From: Auanema rhodensis | Taxonomy: Eukaryota; Animalia; Nematoda | NCBI GenBank assembly: GCA_964057225.1 | Contig: CAXKVF010000076.1 | Location: forward strand, 744,001-808,000 | Direction: 5' to 3' | Length of the DNA stretch: 64,000 nucleotides | In this document: piece after piece, positions 1 through 11,400 of the stretch | Layout: the number at the start of each line of letters is the position of its first letter | Position numbering within the stretch: the first letter of the stretch is position 1 | Notes under the pieces: model-generated | Seen by the model: only the letters and a program-made list of their open reading frames with translations | The model's database searches: none | Told to the model about the DNA's origin: nothing | Translations under genes and position numbers: made by a program

Positions 1-39
1 GAAATTTACGTGAACTTTAATTTATGCTAATTAAATGTA

Positions 40-79
40 CACGTGATGTGCACTTGGTATGTAACTCGCTTCACGTGAA
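40..79. promoter_or_regulatory. Two CACGTG E-box/G-box hexamers per monomer (first copy shown); function unproven
   Basis: CACGTG lies at 40-45 (ATCACGTG on the - strand) and at 72-77 inside the 10-bp palindrome TTCACGTGAA. This is a motif match only. Confidence 0.35.
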
Positions 80-157
80 AGATAAAGAGATGCGGTTTTC
101 AAAATTAGATTCCCCATGTCCATATTAGTCTAAAAACAAATTTTTATTGATATTGGT

Positions 158-172
158 TCATGGTAACCATGA
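158..172. other. Dyad symmetry TCATGGT-A-ACCATGA, present in most full-length monomers (first copy shown)
   Basis: It has 7-bp perfect arms around one central base and contains GGTNACC. The GGTGCA allele loses the outermost pair. Confidence 0.9.
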
Positions 173-3168
173 CTTTGAAATTTACGTGAACTTTAATTTA
201 TGCTAATTAAATGTACACGTGATGTGCACTTGGTATGTAACTCGCTTCACGTGAAAGATAAAGAAATGCGGTTTTCAAAATTAGATTCCCCATGTCCATA
301 TTAGTCTAAAAACAAATTTTTATTGATATTGGTTCATGGTAACCATGACTTTGAAATTTACGTGAACTTTAATTTATGCTAATTAAATGTACACGTGATG
401 TGCACTTGGTATGTAACTCGCTTCACGTGAAAGATAAAGAGATGCGGTTTTCAAAATTAGATTCCCCATGTCCATATTAGTCTAAAAACAAATTTTTATT
501 GATATTGGTGCATGGTAACCATGACTTTGAAATTTACGTGAACTTTAATTTATGCTAATTAAATGTACACGTGATGTGCACTTGGTATGTAACTCGCTTC
601 ACGTGAAAGATAAAGAGATGCGGTTTTCAAAATTAGATTCCCCATGTCCATATTAGTCTAAAAACAAATTTTTATTGATATTGGTTCATGGTAACCATGA
701 CTTTGAAATTTACGTGAACTTTAATTTATGCTAATTAAATGTACACGTGATGTGCACTTGGTATGTAACTCGCTTCACGTGAAAGATAAAGAGATGCGGT
801 TTTCAAAATTAGATTCCCCATGTCCATATTAGTCTAAAAACAAATTTTTATTGATATTGCTTCATGGTAACCATGACTTTGAAGTTTACGTGAACTTTAA
901 TTTATGCTAATTAAATGTACACGTGATGTGCACTTGGTATGTAACTCGCTTCACGTGAAAGATAAAGAGATGCGGTTTTCAAAATTAGATTCCCCATGTC
1001 CATATTAGTCTAAAAACAAATTTTTATTGATATTGGTTCATGGTAACCATGACTTTGAAATTTACGTGAACTTTAATTTATGCTAATTAAATGTACACGT
1101 GATGTGCACTTGGTATGTAACTCGCTTCACGTGAAAGATAAAGAGATGCGGTTTTCAAAATTAGATTCCCCATGTCCATATTAGTCTAAAAACAAATTTT
1201 TATTGATATTGGTTCATGGTAACCATGACTTTGAAATTTACGTGAACTTTAATTTATGCTAATTAAATGTACACGTGATGTGCACTTGGTATGTAACTCG
1301 CTTCACGTGAAAGATAAAGAGATGCGGTTTTCAAAATTAGATTCCCCATGTCCATATTAGTCTAAAAACAAATTTTTATTGATATTGCTTCATGGTAACC
1401 ATGACTTTGAAGTTTACGTGAACTTTAATTTATGCTAATTAAATGTACACGTGATGTGCACTTGGTATGTAACTCGCTTCACGTGAAAGATAAAGAGATG
1501 CGGTTTTCAAAATTAGATTCCCCATGTCCATATTAGTCTAAAAACAAATTTTTATTGATATTGCTTCATGGTAACCATGACTTTGAAGTTTACGTGAACT
1601 TTAATTTATGCTAATTAAATGTACACGTGATGTGCACTTGGTATGTAACTCGCTTCACGTGAAAGATAAAGAGATGCGGTTTTCAAAATTAGATTCCCCA
1701 TGTCCATATTAGTCTAAAAACAAATTTTTATTGATATTGGTTCATGGTAACCATGACTTTGAAATTTACGTGAACTTTAATTTATGCTAATTAAATGTAC
1801 ACGTGATGTGCACTTGGTATGTAACTCGCTTCACGTGAAAGATAAAGAGATGCGGTTTTCAAAATTAGATTCCCCATGTCCATATTAGTCTAAAAACAAA
1901 TTTTTATTGATATTGGTGCATGGTAACCATGACTTTGAAATTTACGTGAACTGTAATTTATGCTAATTAAATGTACACCTGATGTGCACTTGGTATGTAA
2001 CTCGCTTCACGTGAAAGATAAAGAGATGCGGTTTTCAAAATTAGATTCCCCATGTCCATATTAGTCTAAAAACAAATTTTTATTGATATTGGTGCATGGT
2101 AACCATGACTTTGAATTTTACGTGAACTTTAATTTATGCTAATTAAATGTACACGTGATGTGCACTTGGTATGTAACTCGCTTCACGTGAAAGATAAAGA
2201 GATGCGGTTTTCAAAATTAGATTCCCCATGTCCATATTAGTCTAAAAACAAATTTTTATTGATATTGGTTCATGGTAACCATGACTTTGAAATTTACGTG
2301 AACTTTAATTTATGCTAATTAAATGTACACGTGATGTGCACTTGGTATGTAACTCGCTTCACGTGAAAGATAAAGAGATGCGGTTTTCAAAATTAGATTC
2401 CCCATGTCCATATTAGTCTAAAAACAAATTTTTATTGATATTGGTTCATGGTAACCATGACTTTGAAATTTACGTGAACTTTAATTTATGCTAATTAAAT
2501 GTACACGTGATGTGCACTTGGTATGTAACTCGCTTCACGTGAAAGATAAAGAGATGCGGTTTTCAAAATTAGATTCCCCATGTCCATATTAGTCTAAAAA
2601 CAAATTTTTATTGATATTGGTTCATGGTAACCATGACTTTGAAGTTTACGTGAACTTTAATTTATGCTAATTAAATGTACACGTGATGTGCACTTGGTAT
2701 GTAACTCGCTTCACGTGAAAGATAAAGAGATGCGGTTTTCAAAATTAGATTCCCCATGTCCATATTAGTCTAAGAACAAATTTTTATTGATATTGGTTCA
2801 TGGTAACCATGACTTTGAAATTTACGTGAACTTTAATTTATGCTAATTAAATGTACACGTGATGTGCACTTGGTATGTAACTCGCTTCACGTGAAAGATA
2901 AAGAGATGCGGTTTTCAAAATTAGATTCCCCATGTCCATATTAGTCTAAAAACAAATTTTTATTGATATTGGTTCATGGTAACCATGACTTTGAAATTTA
3001 CGTGAACTTTAATTTATGCTAATTAAATGTACACGTGATGTGCACTTGGTATGTAACTCGCTTCACGTGAAAGATAAAGAGATGCGGTTTTCAAAATTAG
3101 ATTCCCCATGTCCATATTAGTCTAAGAACAAATTTTTATTGATATTGGTTCATGGTAACCATGACTTT

Positions 3169-3408
3169 GAAATTTACGTGAACTTTAATTTATGCTAATT
3201 AAATGTACACGTGATGTGCACTTGGTATGTAACTCGCTTCACGTGAAAGATAAAGAGATGCGGTTTTTGTACACGTGATGTGCACTTGGTATGTAACTCG
3301 CTTCACGTGAAAGATAAAGAAATGCGGTTTTCAAAATTAGATTCCCCATGTCCATATTAGTCTAAAAACAAATTTTTATTGATATTGGTTCATGGTAACC
3401 ATGACTTT
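3169..3408 (+). repeat. Aberrant 240-bp unit (jump from monomer position 99 to position 36 at 3267/3268)
   Basis: GATGCGGTTTT|TGTACACGTGATG. The next monomer starts at 3409, shifting the phase by 64 bp. Confidence 0.93.
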
Positions 3409-5420
3409 GAAATTTACGTGAACTTTAATTTATGCTAATTAAATGTACACGTGATGTGCACTTGGTATGTAACTCGCTTCACGTGAAAGATAAAGAGATG
3501 CGGTTTTCAAAATTAGATTCCCCATGTCCATATTAGTCTAAAAACAAATTTTTATTGATATTGGTTCATGGTAACCATGACTTTAAAATTTACGTGAACT
3601 TTAATTTATGCTAATTAAATGTACACGTGCTGTGCACTTGGTATGTAACTCGCTTCACGTGAAAGATAAAGAGATGCAGTTTTCAAAATTAGATTCCCCA
3701 TGTCCATATTAGTCTAAAAACAAATTTTTATTGATATTGGTTCATGGTAACCATGACTTTGAAATTTACGTGAACTTTAATTTATGCTAATTAAATGTAC
3801 ACGTGATGTGCACTTGGTATGTAACTCGCTTCACGTGAAAGATAAAGAGATGCGGTTTTCAAAATTAGATTCCCCATGTCCATATTAGTCTAAAAACAAA
3901 TTTTTATTGATATTGGTGCATGGTAACCATGACTTTGAAATTTACGTGAACTTTAATTTATGCTAATTAAATGTACACGTGATGTGCACTTGGTATGTAA
4001 CTCGCTTCACGTGAAAGATAAAGAAATACGGTTTTCAAAATTAGATTCCCCATGTCCATATTAGTCTAAAAACAAATTTTTATTGATATTGGTTCATGGT
4101 AACCATGACTTTGAAATTTACGTGAACTTTAATTTATGCTAATTAAATGTACACGTGATGTGCACTTGGTATGTAACTCGCTTCACGTGAAAGATAAAGA
4201 GATGCGGTTTTCAAAATTAGATTCCCCATGTCCATATTAGTCTAAAAACAAATTTTTATTGATATTGGTGCATGGTAACCATGACTTTGAAATTTACGTG
4301 AACTTTAATTTATGCTAATTAAATGTACACGTGATGTGCACTTGGTATGTAACTCGCTTCACGTGAAAGATAAAGAAATGCGGTTTTCAAAATTAGATTC
4401 CCCATGTCCATATTAGTCTAAAAACAAATTTTTATTGATATTGGTTCATGGTAACCATGACTTTGAAATTTACGTGAACTTTAATTTATGCTAATTAAAT
4501 GTACACGTGATGTGCACTTGGTATGTAACTCGCTTCACGTGAAAGATAAAGAGATGCGGTTTTCAAAATTAGATTCCCCATGTCCATATTAGTCTAAAAA
4601 CAAATTTTTATTGATATTGCTTCATGGTAACCATGACTTTGAAATTTACGTGAACTTTAATTTATGCTAATTAAATGTACACGTGATGTGCACTTGGTAT
4701 GTAACTCGCTTCACGTGAAAGATAAAGAGATGCGGTTTTCAAAATTAGATTCCCCATGTCCATATTAGTCTAAAAACAAATTTTTATTGATATTGGTTCA
4801 TGGTAACCATGACTTTGAAATTTACGTGAACTTTAATTTATGCTAATTAAATGTACACGTGATGTGCACTTGGTATGTAACTCGCTTCACGTGAAAGATA
4901 AAGAGATGCGGTTTTCAAAATTAGATTCCCCATGTCCATATTAGTCTAAAAACAAATTTTTATTGATATTGCTTCATGGTAACCATGACTTTGAAATTTA
5001 CGTGAACTTTAATTTATGCTAATTAAATGTACACGTGATGTGCACTTGGTATGTAACTCGCTTCACGTGAAAGATAAAGAGATGCGGTTTTCAAAATAAG
5101 ATTCCCCATGTCCATATTAGTCTAAAAACAAATTTTTATTGATATTGGTGCATGGTAACCATGACTTTGAAATTTACGTGAACTTTAATTTATGCTAATT
5201 AAATGTACACGTGATGTGCACTTGGTATGTAACTCGCTTCACGTGAAAGATAAAGAGATGCGGTTTTCAAAATTAGATTCCCCATGTCCATATTAGTCTA
5301 AAAACAAATTTTTATTGATATTGGTTCATGGTAACCATGACTTTGAAATTTACGTGAACTTTAATTTATGCTAATTAAATGTACACGTGATGTGCACTTG
5401 GTATGTAACTCGCTTCACGT

Positions 5421-5440
5421 GAAAGATAAAAGCATAAATT
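5421..5440. other. Orientation-switch (inversion) junction within the array at 5430/5431
   Basis: ...CACGTGAAAGATAAA|AGCATAAATTAAAG... The forward consensus would continue GAGATGCGG, and the reverse consensus would be preceded by TT. The join is blunt, with no microhomology or inserted bases. Confidence 0.97.
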
Positions 5441-8400
5441 AAAGTTCACGTAAATTTCAAAGTCATGGTTACCATGCACCAATATCAATAAAAATTTGTT
5501 TTTAGACTAATATGGACATGGGGAATCTTATTTTGAAAACCGCATCTCTTTATCTTTCACGTGAAGCGAGTTACATACCAAGTGCACATCACGTGTACAT
5601 TTAATTAGCATAAATTAAAGTTCACGTAAATTTCAAAGTCATGGTTACCATGAAGCAATATCAATAAAAATTTGTTTTTAGACTAATATGGACATGGGGA
5701 ATCTAATTTTGAAAACCGCATCTCTTTATCTTTCACGTGAAGCGAGTTACATACCAAGTGCACATCACGTGTACATTTAATTAGCATAAATTAAAGTTCA
5801 CGTAAATTTCAAAGTCATGGTTACCATGAACCAATATCAATAAAAATTTGTTTTTAGACTAATATGGACATGGGGAATCTAATTTTGAAAACCGCATCTC
5901 TTTATCTTTCACGTGAAGCGAGTTACATACCAAGTGCACATCACGTGTACATTTAATTAGCATAAATTAAAGTTCACGTAAATTTCAAAGTCATGGTTAC
6001 CATGAAGCAATATCAATAAAAATTTGTTTTTAGACTAATATGGACATGGGGAATCTAATTTTGAAAACCGCATCTCTTTATCTTTCACGTGAAGCGAGTT
6101 ACATACCAAGTGCACATCACGTGTACATTTAATTAGCATAAATTAAAGTTCACGTAAATTTCAAAGTCATGGTTACCATGAAGCAATATCAATAAAAATT
6201 TGTTTTTAGACTAATATGGACATGGGGAATCTAATTTTGAAAACCGCATCTCTTTATCTTTCACGTGAAGCGAGTTACATACCAAGTGCACATCACGTGT
6301 ACATTTAATTAGCATAAATTAAAGTTCACGTAAATTTCAAAGTCATGGTTACCATGAACCAATATCAATAAAAATTTGTTTTTAGACTAATATGGACATG
6401 GGGAATCTAATTTTGAAAACCGCATTTCTTTATCTTTCACGTGAAGCGAGTTACATACCAAGTGCACATCACGTGTACATTTAATTAGCATAAATTAAAG
6501 TTCACGTAAATTTCAAAGTCATGGTTACCATGGACCAATATCAATAAAAATTTGTTTTTAGACTAATATGGACATGGGGAATCTAATTTTGAAAACCGCA
6601 TCTCTTTATCTTTCACGTGAAGCGAGTTACATACCAAGTGCACATCACGTGTACATTTAATTAGCATAAATTAAAGTTCACGTAAATTTCAAAGTCATGG
6701 TTACCATGAACCAATATCAATAAAAATTTGTTTTTAGACTAATATGGACATGGGGAATCTAATTTTGAAAACCGTATTTCTTTATCTTTCACGTGAAGCG
6801 AGTTACATACCAAGTGCACATCACGTGTACATTTAATTAGCATAAATTAAAGTTCACGTAAACTTCAAAGTCATGGTTACCATGAAGCAATATCAATAAA
6901 AATTTGTTTTTAGACTAATATGGACATGGGGAATCTAATTTTGAAAACCGGATCTCTTTATCTTTCACGTGAAGCGAGTTACATACCAAGTGCACATCAC
7001 GTGTACATTTAATTAGCATAAATTAAAGTTCACGTAAATTTCAAAGTCATGGTTACCATGAACCAATATCAATAAAAATTTGTTTTTAGACTAATATGGA
7101 CATGGGGAATCTAATTTTGAAAACCGCATCTCTTTATCTTTCACGTGAAGCGAGTTACATACCAAGTGCACATCACGTGTACATTTAATTAGCATAAATT
7201 AAAGTTCACGTAAATTTCAAAGTCATGGTTACCATGCACCAATATCAATAAAAATTTGTTTTTAGACTAATATGGACATGGGGAATCTAATTTTAAAAAC
7301 CGCATCTCTTTATCTTTCACGTGAAGCGAGTTACATACCAAGTGCACATCACGTGTACATTTAATTAGCATAAATTAGAGTTCACGTAAATTTCAAAGTC
7401 ATGGTTACCATGAAGCAATATCAATAAAAATTTGTTTTTAGACTAATATGGACATGGGGAATCTAATTTTGAAAACCGCATTTCTTTATCTTTCACGTGA
7501 AGCGAGTTACATACCAAGTGCACATCACGTGTACATTTAATTAGCATAAATTAAAGTTCACGTAAATTTCAAAGTCATGGTTACCATGCACCAATATCAA
7601 TAAAAATTTGTTTTTAGACTAATATGGACATGGGGAATCTAATTTTGAAAACCGCATCTCTTTATCTTTCACGTGAAGCGAGTTACATACCAAGTGCACA
7701 TCACGTGTACATTTAATTAGCATAAATTAAAGTTCACGTAAATTTCAAAGTCATGGTTACCATGAACCAATATCAATAAAAATTTGTTTTTAGACTAATA
7801 TGGACATGGGGAATCTAATTTTGAAAACCGTATTTCTTTATCTTTCACGTGAAGCGAGTTACATACCAAGTGCACATCACGTGTACATTTAATTAGCATA
7901 AATTAAAGTTCACGTAAATTTCAAAGTCATGGTTACCATGCACCAATATCAATAAAAATTTGTTTTTAGACTAATATGGACATGGGGAATCTAATTTTGA
8001 AAACCGCATCTCTTTATCTTTCACGTGAAGCGAGTTACATACCAAGTGCACATCACGTGTACATTTAATTAGCATAAATTAAAGTTCACGTAAATTTCAA
8101 AGTCATGGTTACCATGAACCAATATCAATAAAAATTTGTTTTTAGACTAATATGGACATGGGGAATCTAATTTTGAAAACCGCATCTCTTTATCTTTCAC
8201 GTGAAGCGAGTTACATACCAAGTGCACATCACGTGTACATTTAATTAGCATAAATTAAAGTTCACGTAAATTTCAAAGTCATGGTTACCATGAACCAATA
8301 TCAATAAAAATTTGTTTTTAGACTAATATGGACATGGGGAATCTAATTTTGAAAACCGTATTTCTTTATCTTTCACGTGAAGCGAGTTACATACCAAGTG

Positions 8401-11400
8401 CACATCACGTGTACATTTAATTAGCATAAATTAAAGTTCACGTAAATTTCAAAGTCATGGTTACCATGAACCAATATCAATAAAAATTTGTTTTTAGACT
8501 AATATGGACATGGGGAATCTAATTTTGAAAACTGCATCTCTTTATCTTTCACGTGAAGCGAGTTACATACCAAGTGCACAGCACGTGTACATTTAATTAG
8601 CATAAATTAAAGTTCACGTAAATTTCAAAGTCATGGTTACCATGAACCAATATCAATAAAAATTTGTTTTTAGACTAATATGGACATGGGGAATCTAATT
8701 TTGAAAACCGCATCTCTTTATCTTTCACGTGAAGCGAGTTACATACCAAGTGCACATCACGTGTACATTTAATTAGCATAAATTAAAGTTCACGTAAATT
8801 TCAAAGTCATGGTTACCATGAACCAATATCAATAAAAATTTGTTTTTAGACTAATATGGACATGGGGAATCTAATTTTGAAAACCGCATTTCTTTATCTT
8901 TCACGTGAAGCGAGTTACATACCAAGTGCACATCACGTGTACATTTAATTAGCATAAATTAAAGTTCACGTAAATTTCAAAGTCATGGTTACCATGCACC
9001 AATATCAATAAAAATTTGTTTTTAGACTAATATGGACATGGGGAATCTTATTTTGAAAACCGCATCTCTTTATCTTTCACGTGAAGCGAGTTACATACCA
9101 AGTGCACATCACGTGTACATTTAATTAGCATAAATTAAAGTTCACGTAAACTTCAAAGTCATGGTTACCATGAAGCAATATCAATAAAAATTTGTTTTTA
9201 GACTAATATGGACATGGGGAATCTAATTTTGAAAACCGGATCTCTTTATCTTTCACGTGAAGCGAGTTACATACCAAGTGCACATCACGTGTACATTTAA
9301 TTAGCATAAATTAAAGTTCACGTAAATTTCAAAGTCATGGTTACCATGAACCAATATCAATAAAAATTTGTTTTTAGACTAATATGGACATGGGGAATCT
9401 AATTTTGAAAACCGCATCTCTTTATCTTTCACGTGAAGCGAGTTACATACCAAGTGCACATCACGTGTACATTTAATTAGCATAAATTAAAGTTCACGTA
9501 AATTTCAAAGTCATGGTTACCATGCACCAATATCAATAAAAATTTGTTTTTAGACTAATATGGACATGGGGAATCTAATTTTAAAAACCGCATCTCTTTA
9601 TCTTTCACGTGAAGCGAGTTACATACCAAGTGCACATCACGTGTACATTTAATTAGCATAAATTAAAGTTCACGTAAATTTCAAAGTCATGGTTACCATG
9701 AAGCAATATCAATAAAAATTTGTTTTTAGACTAATATGGACATGGGGAATCTAATTTTGAAAACTGCATCTCTTTATCTTTCACGTGAAGCGAGTTACAT
9801 ACCAAGTGCACAGCACGTGTACATTTAATTAGCATAAATTAAAGTTCACGTAAATTTCAAAGTCATGGTTACCATGAACCAATATCAATAAAAATTTGTT
9901 TTTAGACTAATATGGACATGGGGAATCTAATTTTGAAAACCGCATCTCTTTATCTTTCACGTGAAGCGAGTTACATACCAAGTGCACATCACGTGTACAT
10001 TTAATTAGCATAAATTAAAGTTCACGTAAATTTCAAAGTCATGGTTACCATGAACCAATATCAATAAAAATTTTATTTTTAGACTAATATGGACATGGGG
10101 AATCTAATTTTGAAAACCGCATCTCTTTATCTTTTACGTGAAGCGAGTTACATACCAAGTGCACATCACGTGTACATTTAATTAGCATAAATTAAAGTTC
10201 ACGTAAATTTCAAAATCATGGTTACCATGAACCAATATCAATAAAAATTTGTTTTTAGACTAATATGGACATGGGGAATCTAATTTTGAGAACCGCATTT
10301 TTTTATCTTTCACGTGAAGCGAGTTACATACCAAGTGCACATCACGTGTACATTTAATTAGCATAAATTAAAGTTCACGTAAATTTCAAAGTCATGGTTA
10401 CCATGAACCAATATCAATAAAAATTTGTTTTTAGACTAATATGGACATGGGGAATCTAATTTTGAAAACCGCATCTCTTTATCTTTCACGTGAAGCGAGT
10501 TACATACCAAGTGCACATCACGTGTCCATTCAATTAGCATAAATTAAAGTTCACGTAAATTTCAAAGTCATGGTTACCATGAACCAATATCAATAAAAAT
10601 TTGTTTTTAGACTAATATGGACATGGGGAATCTAATTTTGAAAACCGCATCTCTTTATCTTTCACGTGAAGCGAGTTACATACCAAGTGCACATCACGTG
10701 TACATTTAATTAGCATAAATTAAAGTTCACGTAAATTTCAAAGTCATGGTTACCATGAACCAATATCAATAAAAATTTGTTTTTAGACTAATATGGACAT
10801 GGGGAATCTAATTATGAAAACCGCATCTCTTTATCTTTCACGTGAAGCGAGTTACATACCAAGTGCACATCACGTGTACATTTAATTAGCATAAATTAAA
10901 GTTCACGTAAATTTCAAAGTCATGGTTACCATGAACCAATATCAATAAAAATTTGTTTTTAGACTAATATGGACATGGGGAATCTAATTTTGAAAACCGC
11001 ATCTCTTTATCTTTCACGTGAAGCGAGTTACATACCAAGTGCACATCACGTGTGCATTTAATTAGCATAAATTAAAGTTCACGTAAATTTCAAAGTCATG
11101 GTTACCATGAACCAATATCAATAAAAATTTGTTTTTAGACTAATATGGACATGGGGAATCTAATTTTGAAAACCGCATCTCTTTATCTTTCACGTGAAGC
11201 GAGTTACATACCAAGTGCACATCACGTGTACATTTAATTAGCATAAATTAAAGTTCACGTAAATTTCAAAGTCATGGTTACCATGAACCAATATCAATAA
11301 AAATTTGTTTTTAGACTAATATGGACATGGGGAATCTAATTTTGAAAACCGCATCTCTTTATCTTTCACGTGAAGCGAGTTACATACCAAGTGCACATCA

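Larger units (their letters stand above)
1..5430 (+). repeat. 176-bp tandem satellite, forward-orientation block (~31 monomers; begins at window edge)
   Basis: The monomer GAAATTTACGTGAACTTTAATTTATGCTAATTAAATGTACACGTGATGTGCACTTGGTATGTAACTCGCTTCACGTGAAAGATAAAGAGATGCGGTTTTCAAAATTAGATTCCCCATGTCCATATTAGTCTAAAAACAAATTTTTATTGATATTGGTTCATGGTAACCATGACTTT restarts at 1, 177, ... 2641 (=1+15x176) and 3169. It has 56/176 G+C. Strand is relative to this arbitrary consensus orientation. Confidence 0.99.

Noticed and set aside
60-100. CENP-B box
   Set aside because: No TTCG-N4-A-N2-CGGG core occurs on either strand.
155-172. RFX X-box-like motif (CATGGTAAC)
   Set aside because: Only a half-site matches, and the partner GTTNCC half is not correctly placed.
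1-176. Tandem 5S rRNA, tRNA, snRNA or spliced-leader gene array
   Set aside because: I recognise no conserved RNA-gene motifs or Pol III A/B/C boxes, and there is no gene-versus-spacer contrast. An Rfam search would be the formal test.
1-176. Assignment to a named satellite of similar length (Brassica CentBr, Arabidopsis CEN178, primate alpha satellite, honeybee AluI)
   Set aside because: Only the length is similar. I recognise no sequence match, and the consensus has no AAGCTT or AGCT site. BLAST is needed.
5197-5440. Transposon (MITE/foldback element) terminal inverted repeats at the orientation switch
   Set aside because: There is no non-satellite sequence, target-site duplication or defined terminus. 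The arms are simply satellite in opposite orientation.
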